Below are positions 1 to 13,280 of a DNA stretch of 64,000 nucleotides, one piece after another. Below the pieces are notes generated by a model, which made no database searches, was not told where the DNA came from, and worked only from the letters and a program-made list of their open reading frames with translations. Both the position numbers and the translations under genes were made by a program. The stretch is from Peribolospora baueri (lineage: Eukaryota): the NCBI GenBank assembly GCA_029717555.1, contig JAMDHS010000030.1, positions 62,001 to 126,000 on the forward strand, read 5' to 3'. Each line of letters begins with the position of its first letter. The stretch's first letter is position 1.

Positions 1-224
1 GCCCTGGCCAGACTCCGGACCCTCAACTCCATCTCACACACCCTCCTCTCCAGATCGCGCATCTCCCTCCTCAGCCACTCGTCCTCGGCGGTCAGCCGCC
101 TCTGCGCCTCGACCAGCGCGTCCAGTCGTTGTCGCTCGTCATCCGTCAGGGTGGACAGGGTTCGGGCAGAGAGGAAAGAGGTCGGCGAGGCGGGTTGGCG
201 AATGTAATAGACCGAGGTGGCCAT
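1..224 (-). CDS. Hypothetical coiled-coil protein, runs off the left edge (partial)
   Basis: Not in the ORF track. ATG at 224 opens MATSVYYIRQPASPTSFLSARTLSTLTDDERQRLDALVEAQRRLTAEDEWLRREMRDLERRVCEMELRVRSLAR..., with heptad-like Leu/charge pattern and no stop before the edge. True start uncertain. Confidence 0.45.
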   Translation of the reverse strand, partial: MATSVYYIRQPASPTSFLSARTLSTLTDDERQRLDALVEAQRRLTAEDEWLRREMRDLERRVCEMELRVRSLAR

Positions 225-1509
225 CGTGAACGGCAGGGGTGGCGCCGTGGGGAGCCCAAGTGGCACGTAGATTGTAGCGGAAGACGGATTCGACGGCCGA
301 TGGAGGAAGGAGCGGAGAGTGATGCGAGGGAAGAGGCAAAGACAGAAGGAGAGACCAGAGGCGGGGTATTTTCAAATCGACGAAAAAAAACCGAGGAGTG
401 TGTGGTCCGGCACACGGCAATGACGGAGCCCCTCGGGAAGAAGACGGTGGCCGCAGGTATCCTTTCGCCGAAGCAAGTCCTGAAACCTGGTCGCCGTCCG
501 CGCTGGTACACAGAGAGAGGTTAAGCGTGCGTCGAGAAAAGCGTCGGCCTTGAGACAAAGAGAAGCTGATGATGGTATGGTCGTGGGGAGGCGGTCGACG
601 TCGCCGTCGTCCAAGAGAACCGGAAGGGGACGATACAGTGGTGCCAAGTAGGAGGGATATCCAAGAAGGAAACGTCGGGGTGTCCAGGAGGAAGAGCGAG
701 CGGAGAACAAGAGCGAGCGCGTGCGTTTTAGTGGAAGTGAGCGACTTGGCTTTGAAATTACATGCGGGTTCAGTCTGTCAGGAGGGAGAGAAGTAGTTAA
801 GGAAAAAGGAAAGGGATCAGGAAAGGCGGAGCGAGGCAAGCCGGCAATAGCAAGCGAGGATGGAGAATGAAGGAAGAACGGGGTAAGTGGCGAGGATGGA
901 GATGAGGAGACATGAGATTGGAGTGGAGATCGAGATCGAGATACAAAGACATCGACCGCAGCAGGCCCAGCCCAGGCCAAGTTCGCATGGCGATAGCAAC
1001 GACAGGGCGAAAGAAAGGCAGACAGGCGAGGTTCTTGAAGGATTAATGAAGCTGTCATCGGTGTGACTCCAGACTCTATTGATAGCTTTTGTGGATGGTC
1101 TAGGAGACGAATATCCCGAGCATGAGCAACTATGGTGAGTACAGGTAACTGCTGCAGGTGCCTATGGAGCGAGAGAGAAGACGAGAAGCTAAACGAGACG
1201 GCGAGTGAGGGATGGATGGTTGAAACGTCTAAGCCGGATCCGATGCTCAGGTCGAAAACGATGAATGGGAACTTATGGACGGAGCGCGCTGGGCCGGTGA
1301 AGCAGACATAGCGAGACGCGGGGAGAGCGGCGCCGAACGAGAATTACAATAGAAGGGAAGAAAAAAACGACAAAGAGAAAGCAAACCCGATTCCCGTGGA
1401 GAAGGCGAAAAGGTGCGCCTCAGCGACTGTACTTCGTCGCGAGCGCGCGAACCAAGGGCGTTCCGACCGACATTTTTTGGCGTCCGTGCATTGACATCCG
1501 ACCGTATCA

Positions 1510-4500
1510 TCAACGAGTTCTCTCCTTTCCCTTTCCCTTCCCCTTGTTTGCGGTCCCGTCAACTCCTCCTCTGCCCCGAGCCGTGTCACCCGCGGCATCA
1601 TCCCCATGCGCATCATTACCATATGTGGGGTCGGCGGCAGCGGCAGCCGCGGAGGAGGCCGACGGGGACATAGGTGGAGCGGGAACGGGGGCGTAACTGA
1701 CCGAACGGATCGTCCTCGCGCTCTTCCCTGATGACAGCGGCGCTCGATGTGGATAGGGCGTGGTGGGAGACACCGGTTCGACACCGGCGCCGGCGGTGTT
1801 CGCCGAAACTGGTTCATGGTCTGTGGCGCGGGAGGGAGAAGAAGGACCGTTGGCAGTGGGGGAAGCGGGTGTGAAGTTGCCTCTAAGAGGACTCGATCGG
1901 AGTGGGAGCGGGCCCGAAGCCCCATTGACGGTCGCGCCTCCGATTCGACCGAGAGGAACGGAGAGCGTGGTGAAGTCGGCCGAAAGCCGCGCACGCTCCC
2001 GGTCTGGACCACCGCGATTGCTCTTCCGGTCCACGCGGCCTCCTCCTCCTCCGCCACCGCCGCCTCCTCCGCTGGGGACGGGACTCCGGCCGATCCTTGG
2101 GCCGACACCACCGTCACTGTCGGCGTCGCTGCCAACCGACGGCGACGAAGCGGAGCCAGGTGTGCTGACCGGCAGAATCCTACGGGAAGAGGAAGATCGC
2201 ATGGGCGGATGGACGCGCCCAGAGCCGCCTGGCCCTGTAACGTCGCCACCAACGGAACCGGCTCTATCATGACTTCGATCCCCTCCTTCCGGCTGTAACA
2301 GGTCGTCGTCTTCTTCCTCTTCTCCCAACGCCATAGGGTTCACCGCCGCGTCCAAGTCGTCTACCTCTACGAGGCCCTCTCTTCCCTGATCGTCTGCCAG
2401 CCTCTCTACTAGCGCCTCACCGTCCCGTATCCGAGCCGGGGGAGAAGGCGTGAAAGGACGTGCCCTGGCTTCCTCATCCTGGGACGAGTCGGAGGCGGCC
2501 TCTTCGCCCGACGAGGACCGACGGTTCCGGTGTACAGAGCCGTGCTCAGCTACGTCCGAGCCGCCGTGCTCGCTATTTTCGTCCTCGGCGCCTTTGATGC
2601 CGGACACCAGACGAGGACGGTACACCGGCAGGTCCTCGCCTTCGTCGGCCAGTCGCGTGCCGTCTTCGTTGAAGAGCTGCGTGTAAGCCGGAAGGGTGAG
2701 GAAAACGTTGTCGAACGATGGTCCAGTGGACAATGCCACGCCGGGAACGGTCAACGAGGTCGAGGGGGGGCTTTCTGCACCGTCCGCGTCGCCATCTCGC
2801 CTTCCCGTCCTACGCCGCCTCACGGCCAGTCTGGTCGGGTCGGCGGCAAATTCGTTGCCCAGGGAGGGAGAGAGGCCCCCTGAAGCAGATTGACGAAGAC
2901 CGGACGGAGGGGACTCGGAGAATCGAACGGGGACGACCATGGCAAGAATCTGTCGGATGGTGGGCTCGCCCTCTCGACCTAGGAGGTCGAACGAGAGCTT
3001 GACCTTGAGCCGGTGGCGGATGCGGAAGAAGGGGCTATCGTAGTCGGGCATGATGGCGAGCCGATCGGTGCCCGGCTGGGTTCGCTTGAGCGGCAGATTA
3101 ACGCTCATACGAACGCGCCCGCGGGAGAGATTGACACCCGTGCCATCCTCGCCGTGGAAGATGTAGCTCGCCCGAGGCTCGTCGTTGGGGTTCGATGCCG
3201 CGGCGATGAGCGTGGAGCTGACACGCGGGTCCGCGTTCGGCACTGCCGTCGTCTGTCCCGGTAGCGGCGATGTGGGCTGAGATTGCGGAGAGCTATTGCT
3301 GTGCGTTGAAGGCAATAAAGTGCGGAGGGCGCTGAACGGGGCTCGTCTCCTGGAGGTCGACGAAGACGGCTCCGACTGTTGCTGTGCCCCCTGCTGTTGC
3401 AGCGACTGTTCGGCGCCACTTGCGGCGACGGCGGCCTTGTCCTTATCCTTTTGTTTATGCTTCTGCTTGCTCTCCTTCTTCTTCTTGTTCCCCTGTTCTG
3501 GCTCTTCCTCCTCCTCGTCCGGCGGAGGGCCGATGACGGTCGTGCGCACGCGTTCGACGTGGTCAGTAGCCTGCGTGCCAAGGTTGACTATTCGGTCGCA
3601 AGCGCGAATCGCCTCGCGGTCGTACCCTCCCCTGCGCAGCGCCGATTGCTCGTCCGCCTGAGTGATAGACGGCGGCGTCGGCGGCAAGTTTGGCAGATCT
3701 CGCAGGTGCAGGGCTTCGGGAAGGATGGGAAAGTTGCTGTGATAAGCGGCGGAGCAGGCCGAGCTGGACGTCGAAGAGAGAACGCGGCACATGAGAACAA
3801 CGGTGTCGTCAGCGATCACACTCTCCCGCACAAGAAACGAGTGAAAGTCATTAGCAGGGGGCCGGGCGCTCACGAATGCTTCTCCGTCTGAGTGAGCAAG
3901 AGCTCCATATCTCTCAACCTCAGCCGAGGCATGGCCGGCTGCCTGATCTTCCTATTCTGATCCGGCTGCTTTCCTTCCTCGATCGTGATTCCGAACGCGA
4001 GGTGCTCGGCCGTCTCCACGGCCACATGAGCGGGCAAGGAGATGGAGATGTTGAGCAGCACCGCGCTGGGCGGTACGGGCGCGAGCTTGGATTTTGGTGG
4101 GGGGACGTGGGCAAAGCGGAGAAGGGGACGGTGGAGAAAGTGACGCGTCGGCAGGATCCGGCGACGGTTCCGAGCTGACATCCGACCACGACGGTTGACG
4201 GCTGGCTGCGACGTCGTCAGAGCGACCGCCTTGGGATCCCGAGGCGCCTCCTCCGGCCTCGGGCCGTCGCCGAGAGAGTCCGCCGCGGTCGGTCGTCCGC
4301 TGGCCAGTTGCGCTTCCTCCTCATCGTCCGAACCTTCGGACGACGTCCGATCACGATCTGCGCTCCCCACTTCGTCCGGCCGAGCAAGGCGAGACAACGG
4401 GACAGGGACGACCTCCCTCGACCTCTTCACGATGATCTCCACTCGATCGGTCACCACATCCGGCCCGTCCTTTTGCTTGCCCTTGCGTTTCCCTCCAGGG

Positions 4501-6797
4501 CTCTTAAGCGACGGCGATTCTCCGCCCTCGCCGCCGGCAGAGTGATCAGGAACTTCCCTCGATTCCCTCATCCGTCGCGAAGAAGACGCGGTCGGCGAAG
4601 GCGGCAGACCAAAGTCGTCGAGCCAGAACGCCGCCGTTCGTTGAAGAGGTGAGCCCGGCCGGTCGGCACCGCTGGTGCCGGCTTCGAAAGCCCTGCTCTT
4701 CTCCTTGAGCTTGGCGGCGCTGCGGGCGAGCCACGTCTTGTGCTCCTTCCGACCGCTCGCTTTAGCGTGTGCGGCCGCCGTCCCGGGTCCGGTGGCCACA
4801 CTGACGGTCGAGATGGTGGGGCCCCGGCCGGATGCCGACCTTCGGCTACGCTGAGAGCCATGAAATTGTTCAAAGGGCGCAGGGGACGGCGGAGGATTGC
4901 GCTGTCCATCGTACGATGTCTCTGTTCTTGCCTGGCGACCCGAGATGGACGGAGAGCCACGGTGGTGGACGCCGTGGTGGTCCATCATACTAGGCACGGC
5001 CTCGGCGGAGCGAGTGCGGACCAGTCCGCCCACAGGCGGCGTCAGCCTATCCGAACTTTGGCGGGCAATGTCAAAGCTCGAGGAAGGCCCCGCACTCGCA
5101 GAAGCGGGGATGCCGAGTGTCTGGCTATCGACGACCAACCATTCGTCCGGCTCGTCGCTTGACCTTGGCTCTCCGCGCACGGGATGGTGCTCAACTTTGG
5201 CAATGGCTTCAAGCGTGTAGAAGACGCCTCCGAAACGTGTGGTCACGCTCGGAGGCAACCAGCCGGGTAGAGAGAGGTCGAACATGATCTGCAGCCAACC
5301 AGCGGCAACGCAAGGTCAGCATGAACACATAAGGGAAGAAGGAGATGTATACACGCGATATCGTCCGCGATGTGGTCACGATCAGCGACAGTCAAAGACT
5401 AAACGGGCTCCCGCGCGCCAAAGAGATCATCGGGCGGCGCTCACGCTCACCTCATACTTTGTCTTCCACTTTCTCGCCCTCCCGAACCCAACGCCAATCT
5501 CTCCGTCGCTCGAGATGCTCGTCAGGTCGGCCAAAAGCTCCTTCTCAGCCGATGCGCCGTCGACCCCGGATGTAGGCTCTGGGAGGCTGCTACCGCCGTT
5601 GGGCAAAAGTTCCTGCTGGACGCGACAGAGACGGAGGGCTCCGAACCTGCCGGAGTGGTCGACATAGTGGGCGTACCCGGTGAAGATAACTAAGAGGGAG
5701 GAGATGTGAATGCTCTTCGCTGGCTCGGCCCGTCGCGTAGGCGAGGCCAACCTCGGGGAGGCTTGCAGCGGTGGCGGCCGACGTACGAGTTTACCATGCT
5801 CGTTGACAGTTGGACCGTGGCCGTGACCGAAGCGGAATGGGAAGGAAGAAGAAGTGGAGTGGCGAGGGTAAGAGGAGGAGTAATTCCCCTGGGCAGGCCG
5901 TTGTCCGGCGACGTCATCGCCCACCGCCTCGAGGTCCTCGTTCCCGGCGCCTGAGGCAGAGAAGGTTCCGGAGGGTGAGATTGGAATGGAATGTGACCTG
6001 GAGTGAGCGTTGGAGGCGATACCGGCCAAATGCGGAGGCCGCTGCGTTGGCGGGCGAGGGAAGGAGGGAGAAGACGTCGGATCGCCGCCGAGTTGGTCGA
6101 TTGCGCGAGTAAGCGAAGCGTTAGGTGGGGAGGAGGGGCGGTGGTGGGGTTGAAATGGGCGGGAGGAAGACAGGGGGAAAGGGTTGCAGGTGGGCACGGA
6201 GAGCACAACGAGACCAGATAGCGAATAGTTGGCGCTGCAGCGATGTGCGCGTCGAGACGCAGACGGGTCGTCTGGCCGCAAGGTCAGCGTATATGCGCTC
6301 GCGGGGGCATCGACGATGACGGAACATTTAAGGCGGGCGACTCACCTGGTGTACGACGAACCAAACATGTGAACCGAGTCGCTCAACGGCACGACCTTGA
6401 GCTCCACGCTTTCCTCCTTCTCCTTCTTGCCCTTTCCCTTGGCATCCTCCCTGGCGCGCTCCTTGCCCTTGTCTTTCGCGCTGGCGCCGAACTCTTCGTC
6501 TCCGCGAGCTTGTTCGCCATCGTCTCCGATCGCGAGGCCTAGGCCGCCTGGGGAGGAGCCTGAGCCGTTGGGATGGATGGATAGGGAGGGGGAGGAGTGA
6601 TGGTGATGAGACGCCGAGCGCGGATGGAAAAAGCCATGAGGGCCAACGGATGGAGAAGGTGCCGAAGAACCACCGGAGCCGTTCTGGTGGTGATGTTGTT
6701 GTTGGGCCCGACGACGGAGGGACTCGCGAACAAGGCGTTCCTGTTCGAGGCGATTCCACTCGAACTGGTCAGCCAGAGCAGGCGGCTCGGCCGTCAT
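1510..6797 (-). CDS. Arrestin-like (alpha-arrestin/ART-type) trafficking adaptor, 4 exons
   Basis: Joins ORFs 6342-6797, 5427-6281, 3870-5285 and 1510-3873 through GT-AG introns. Arrestin-fold beta segments (YSLSGLVVLSV; FDLSLPGWLPPSVTTRFGGVFYTLEAIAKV; PDYDSPFFRIRHRLKVKLSF) and LPAY/LPVY PY-type motifs in a disordered tail. Confidence 0.7.
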
Positions 6798-7518
6798 GGC
6801 TCGAGGTTGGGTGGTTCGCTCGCTCGCTTGTGTGCCCCGTGATTGTGCTTGGTGAACGAGGGGATGGATGGCTAGGTGGTTGGGCGGTCGCTAGTGGTGT
6901 GGAGAGTGGAGGGAAAGAGGCGGTGCTGCTCGCTATTCGTTGTATGGGTCAGGCGCGAGAAAATAGGAGCTGGAAAGCGGCGGCGTGGAGAGATGATGGC
7001 GCGATGCGATCGGACAGGGCCTACCAACTGGCCGCGACTGGCGTCGTCGGAGGGTTGAGGCTGGCTAGAGAGGGACGAGAAGGCGATGTCGTGAGAGCAG
7101 AGCGGCGAGGTGTTGGTGGAAGAGGTAGAGAAGCGGGTCGATAGGCGCACTGACGGCTCGTTACCGTTGCCCGGCGGTGGCGACTGGCGGAATTTGTGTT
7201 TTTGGTTGGTTGGCGTTGTGGACGACGCCGCTGACGTGAAGGTGTCGGGACAAAGGACGATGGCGAGGGTGTGTATGTGCTGTGGTGGTGGGGCGTGGAC
7301 TGATCGGCGGGTGCGGCCGCATATATCTGGCGGGCTAGGCGAACGGGCGTCGAGGCGTCCGCCGCTTGCTTGCTTGCTTGCCCGCCTGCTTGCTTCCTTC
7401 GTTCTTCCTTTGTTTTCCTTTGTCGGTCGTCGTCGACGGCGAGGCGGCGAGACGGACGATCGGGGTGGAATGAGGTGAGACAAAGCGAAACACGCGAGGC
7501 GAGGCGGCCCGAGTCGTA

Positions 7519-7545
7519 GTCGTCGTCGTCGTCGTCGTCGTCGTC
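7519..7545. repeat. (GTC)9 microsatellite
   Basis: Read directly from the sequence. Confidence 0.9.
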
Positions 7546-8280
7546 GCCCCGTCCAACTGCCTACTGTAGCCTGGCTTGGCTCGAATGGGGCCGACGTACG
7601 TACGTGGCCGACGGAGGGGCAGTCAATAATGGAGACGAATTAGTGACGTGCAGGTGGAATTGATAATAATGGATGTAACCTCGACTCGACCACCACACAC
7701 CACGTCCACACCGATTGCGTCGTCCAATCAGCCGGCACACGCCGAATTCAATTTGAAGCCGCCGTGCCGCAGTAATTTCTGGCGCAGCGCAGTTCGCCCC
7801 GTCCATCCGACGCGACGACTCGCGACACGCCAGCCAGACAACCAAGACGGATGCGTCAGGAGAGGAGGGACCGGACCGAATGCGACCCGAGTCGAGTCTC
7901 GCACAGCACAAATAACCAAAGACGCGCTGCGTTGTCCGCCACGCAGGGATGGAAAAGGGCGGATATGAATTGTTCGGGATATGGAAGTAAAAATAAACAA
8001 AAGACATGCGCAGACAGACTAGACGACCAGTCACTACCAAGGGGCGCGTGGAGAATAGAAAGGAAAAAGACAGGCAAGACAGACAGACAGTTCCCTTCGC
8101 TCCTCCTTCCTTAACTTTAGGCAAACGCGCCACGATGATGACAAGAAAAGCCTCGATTACAGGAGATGGGTCCAAGCGGGCGAGGCCGACACCGGGGCCG
8201 ACGGCCGGCCGAAAGGGTTCGAACGCAGAGAAGGACGAAAACAAACCCGCCTGCGGGGGAACCTCAACCGAGGCGAGCGG

Positions 8281-9890
8281 TCACCACTCCTTGCTGATCT
8301 GTAAGGGATACCGTGGAGCGTTCGCAGCGTTAGACATCCAGTCAAACGACATGCCACGGCGCCCTGTTCAGCCGGCGGCATGGGAACGATATGCTTACCT
8401 TGAAAGACCAGGTCCAGTCGGCGTAGATGTCTGCGGAAGGGAAAGGTAGCGGGCAAAGGTAAACACATCAGACATGGCAGCCTCGTACCCGGCCATCATT
8501 CAATTCGATTTACTCACGTCCATCATCGTCGACGACCCGGCTGCGGGCGACGTTGGTGCCAGAGCGAGCGAGAATGCCGGAAGGCGCCTCGCTGGAGGCA
8601 AAGTGCTTGGTGTATGGGTTGGGAGACGGGCCGTAAGAGCCGATCTGATAATCGTTCGCGTTGATCGACACGAAAAGACAGGGATCGTCAACCATGGCTT
8701 CCTCCCCGTCCGTTGTCAAACAGCAGTCCCTGTCGAAGCGATCGACCGGCGCAGCAAATGCTCGAGCTGTCGATCGGACTCACCATCTCCTCCATTCGGT
8801 CGACTGCTCGCCGGCAAGACCATCGACAGGGACGACGGAATGGCAAAGATCAGAGATGGCCCAGGCAGCACATGTGTCGATGAGCGCCAAAATGGACCAG
8901 CAGAAGGGGCTTACCGGTGACACCAGTGCTGTGCGGGGGAGAGAAAGAGCAGGAAACATTTTAGCATACCGCACAGACGGGGGGAGAAGAGATCATCTCG
9001 CTTGGCGGGACAAGGCGACACGGCTGCTCACCGCTTGACGACCTGGATGTACTTCAAGCCGGAGATGACGTCCGCGCCGACCCTGTGTGCACATGAGGAA
9101 GTGAAATACGTGAGCTGTCCTCTCCTCAGACAGAGAGAGCGAGATGGAGATATCTTCCACACCCCGCGCAACGCCGCACCACATCCTCTCCCGTATGTGC
9201 ACACCGACGAAGAGGAAGAACAGACGAGTCTCACTTGAAGTTAATAGCAACGTTGTACTCCACGCCCTCCTTGATGTTTACGGGGTTCTTCTTGAGCGAC
9301 TCGAGGTGCGCCGGGCCCTTGCTGAGGTCGATGGTGACACGACCGTTCGGAGCGGAGGCAGACTCAAGGGAGAGGCTAAGGAGAGTAAGCTGGCATAAAA
9401 AGGGGCGCGAGGAAGGTGAGTCTCAAGGGTGATGTTTACGGCCCCTCCGAAAGAGCCCGTCCCGTCCAGTCACGACTTGCCAAATGACTCGCCGAGGCAT
9501 GTCGTGCCGTGATCATTAGAGGCGCATAGATCACCACCTATCGCACTACCTACGACGGCACACACGTATCCACGCTGTACCGTGCACACACACAAGCTTC
9601 GCACGCTCACCTTGGGCGCATTAGGGTCGATGTTGGTAGATGCGCCGATGCCCAAGCTGGCCTTCCACCGCGCGAGAGACTCGTCTTCGGCATCAAGCTT
9701 GGCGTACTCGTCGACGCTGGTGTCAAACCGCACAACGGTCTCAGACGACCCCATACCCAAAGAAAAGCAAAAGTTCATGGAAAATGGAAAAGGGACGCTC
9801 TCACCTCTTCTTCTCGCCGATCCTGTAGCCCGGCGTCTGCGACGCAGCAAGCTCCGACTCGTCGACGGTGGCTTCCTTTCCGTGGGACAT
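8281..9890 (-). CDS. RDI1: Rho GDP-dissociation inhibitor, 9 exons including micro-exons
   Basis: Spliced product MSHGKEATVDESELAASQTPGYRIGEKKSVDEYAKLDAEDESLARWKASLG...IKEGVEYNV...SGLKYIQVVKRTGVTVDRMEEMIGSYGP...EAPSGILARSGTN...WSFKISKEW*. These are hallmark RhoGDI motifs and the intron phases are consistent. Confidence 0.95.
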
Positions 9891-10321
9891 GACGGGCTGG
9901 GAGAGAGCGATGCGGGCGAGAGAACAAGGCGCGACGGAGGATTGAAGGGGCTACGAGAGAAGGGCAACAGTGACGGAGGGAAGGCGGCTAATTGCTCGCC
10001 GTGGACGACCCTGGTATGCCGCAGCGCGATAGGGCGAGGCAGAGTCATTTTGGCGCCTCTTCGATGCATCTCCGCTTTTCTCCGACGTTTATCCCTGGTT
10101 TGGATGCAAGCGTCTGGGCGGAAAAGAGCGGCCGGAAGCGGGGAAAAGGCGAATCGCTCCCGATCACTTGGTCCTTACATGGAGGAACAAGTGCAGGATG
10201 GAAAGAGAGGCCAGCAGGCGGGTGAGGTCGTTCAGAGACGCGTCTCGATATCCCACCCTTCCCCTTCCAGCGCACTACGCCCCCCCTTGCTCTCTCTCCC
10301 GGCGGCTCCCCGTCGGCCAGC

Positions 10322-13280
10322 ATGAGCGCGACCGTCGAGGAGTATATCGAGGTGAGTGCGAGAGTGTAGGTGGAGGAAGGGAGGAGGAGGGGGCAAAGAG
10401 AGTTGCGAGCACCCACGCCATCGCGACCAGACGCCCGTCTTGCATCGAACTGAGGTGCGCTCGATTGCACAAAAGAAGTGAGCTGGGGTCTGGTCAGCTC
10501 GTCGAGCCTGACTTGGCACAGCTCACCCCAAATAGTCTCTGCGCCCGCTGATGGTGCTCAAGATCGAATATCGGCACATCCTCTCCCTTTGCGTCGTCGG
10601 CCCGTCCGCTCATCCGCCATCTTCACTTCATGTCCTCTCTACTTTTTCTGCCTGTCTTTCGTCTGTTTGCTAGGTCCTCAATGCCGAACAGTGTGTACAG
10701 CCACCTCTTCCCTCCAATGATCTCGAAAGCCCTCTCGCCGAGCCTGACCGAACCGCGTTCGCTGCCCCCTTTTTCGTTCTCGCCGTCCTTGACGCTGGCG
10801 CCGTTCGGCCAGACATGTGGACCTACAGAAGCTGCGCGACTACGCGAGGCATGGCGTTCCGCCAGAGGTCCGGGGAGAGGTGTGGCTGTATCTGCTCGGC
10901 GTGCTCTCCGCTGATAAGAGTGGGCATTCCTGGTTTGGCCTGCCCTCGCCAGAGGCCTTGGCGGAGGGCTGTGTCTGAGTGCTCCATTGGTATCCCTCAC
11001 CTCACCCTGTACGCCCCTTCTTTTTTTCCCCCAGGTGAAGAGATAACGGCGGTACGGGAAAAATACGCCGAGTACGACTCGTTGGACAAGACCGACGCCG
11101 AGGTGGAGAAACGGGTGCGCGGAGAAGCTTCGAGGTACTACCAAAGACGCTTGTTCTCCCATAACGGATGCGGCGGATCGGCAAAGTCGACGAGAGGCAT
11201 GACGAGAAGGCCGGGAGGTGCGACCGTCGTTTTGAAAGGTGCCGGAGGTGGGTCGTTGATTCGAGATGGCGACGGGCTTGCGTGAAGATGGACGAGGGAG
11301 ACACGCTGCGTCCTCTTCGTCCTCTTCGGAGGCCACAGAGGCGAGGGCGAGGACGAGCTCGGAAAGCCTACCAGACCCTCTCACCGCTCTCGACCTGTCC
11401 CCATCTCGCTCATCGTGCACCAGGCTACGCCCCCGGCCCGCAACGGTCGTATCCCGGTGTTCACCACGACAAAAACCCGTACCAGACGCCGGTTTTTTTC
11501 CCTCCGTCCTCCTCCACCGCCACCGCCACCGCCACCGCTGCGCCCGGCGCCTCGGCCGCCGTGCCCGGCTCGTCCGCTTCTTCGACCTCGTCCTCCTCCT
11601 CGACCGCGAGCTCGTCCGCAGGTCCACCGTACGTCGTCGGAGCTCCAGAAGCGCTGCATCTCACAACTTCACCTTCCATGTCTGCTTCGGAGCCCTTTTT
11701 CTCGAGCACGATACAACCGCCCATCCCGGCCTCTCAACACCCCATCCCGCTGTCGGCGCCCGATAGACCACCGAACAGAGTGAACGACGGCCGCTCGAGC
11801 TCATTCGTTCCGGTCGCTAACTCACACCTCGTACTTAATCCTCCCTCCCAATCTGGCGGCGGAGGCGGCCTCATTAGCCTTGGCGCAGCTGGAAAGGCGG
11901 TGGCAGACTCGATGGCGTCTTCGTCCACCGGTTCAGCAGGCATAGGCAGCTCTACCTCTACGGGTGGCGCGGCGCTCCTTCCGTCGTTGTCCTGCTACGC
12001 CGACTCGTACCGTGACCCTAGCGCGGAGGCTCTCGAAGCGAAACGGTTTGCCAAAGCGTGCGAGAACATCATCTGCGCTTGGCTCAATCGGAGGCGGGAT
12101 AGGACTCGGACTCGGACGCGATGGCGCGGGGTGGAGGGGCGCGAGAAGGACGCGGCGATGGAGACGGCGATGGGGAGGAACGCTTCGAGAGAGAACGCCG
12201 CGTTGTCTCCGTCGGTCGCCGACGCCGACGGCGAGGGTTTCCAGGGCGTTTCGTTCGACGGTTTGGTCGTGTCTCCCAAGAGCGGCACCGGCGGCACTGA
12301 CGACCCGGCTTTGCACGGCTGGTGGGGAGGCGGAGGTGGAGGCGGCGCGGTTGTTCGTTCGGCGTCGGGAGCCGTGGTTGGAAACGCGAGCAGGCCTGGC
12401 AACGGCGGGGGCGCGTGGGACACGGCGACGGAGGTGGAATACTCGCCGGAGCTCGTCCATCTGTGTGCGCCGTTCGTGCGCTCCGTTCGCGTCGAGGCGG
12501 GCATGTATTTTGCTTTCGAGGCGCTCATGGGCATGCTCGGTGAGATCGTCCGTTCGGCCGTTCGTCCTCGCTTTCTGACGGCTCACGTCTGTGTATGCCT
12601 GCCTGTCTTGGCATAGAGGACTATTACGCAGCACACCCGCTGGCGGAGCGAGTGGCGACGTTCATGTCCCTCTTCCGGACCTCGCTCCCGGACCTGCACG
12701 CATACTTTGAAGAGGAAGAGGTGGACATCAACGAGATCGTCACAGGCTGGCTCCGATTCCTGTTCGCTAGGGAGATGAGGGTGGAGAACCTAATGCGCTT
12801 GTGGGGTGAGCGGGAACGACGGGGGGCATCGATCATGTCGTCGTAAGATTGCTGACTTGAGCCTCTGTTTGTTTTGCCCCTCTGGTCTCCATCCAAAGAC
12901 ACGTACTTTGCCACTCCGGACCCTCTAGACCTGCACCTCTATGTCTGCGTCGCCATCCTGACGGATCGCAAGGACGCGCTGGAGGAGTTGGACCAATCGG
13001 AGAGCAGGAGCATGCTCCTGAGCCTGCCGGAACTGGATATCAATAGAGTGCGTCGGACGGACGGACGGACGTCGGTTTTGATTGAACACGGGGTCACCGC
13101 CGATCGACCGTGGCTGACGCAGCGGCGACCCATTTCTGCTTTCCTTGCCTCTCTTTCCCCTTTGCCCCGTTTGGTCACCTCACCCATCCACGCACGCAGA
13201 TCATCAACGAAGCGCTCAACATCCGCCTCTCTCACCGACTGTCCCAGGCCGCCGACGAGGTGGAGATGGTGGAGCGATGA
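10322..13280 (+). CDS. TBC (Rab-GAP) domain protein with a large low-complexity insert
   Basis: Spliced MSATVEEYIEVLNAEQHVDLQKLRDYARHGVPPEVRGEVWLYLLGVL (TBC motif A RxxxW), then LPDLHAYFEEEEV, WLRFLFAREM, LMRLWDTYF and LHLYVCVAIL (TBC C-lobe). Stop TGA at 13278-13280. Confidence 0.85.

Noticed and set aside
11218..11423. Apparent frameshift in the TBC gene
   Set aside because: A phase-1 intron (GTGCGA...GCTCAT...CCAG) joins the two frames cleanly.
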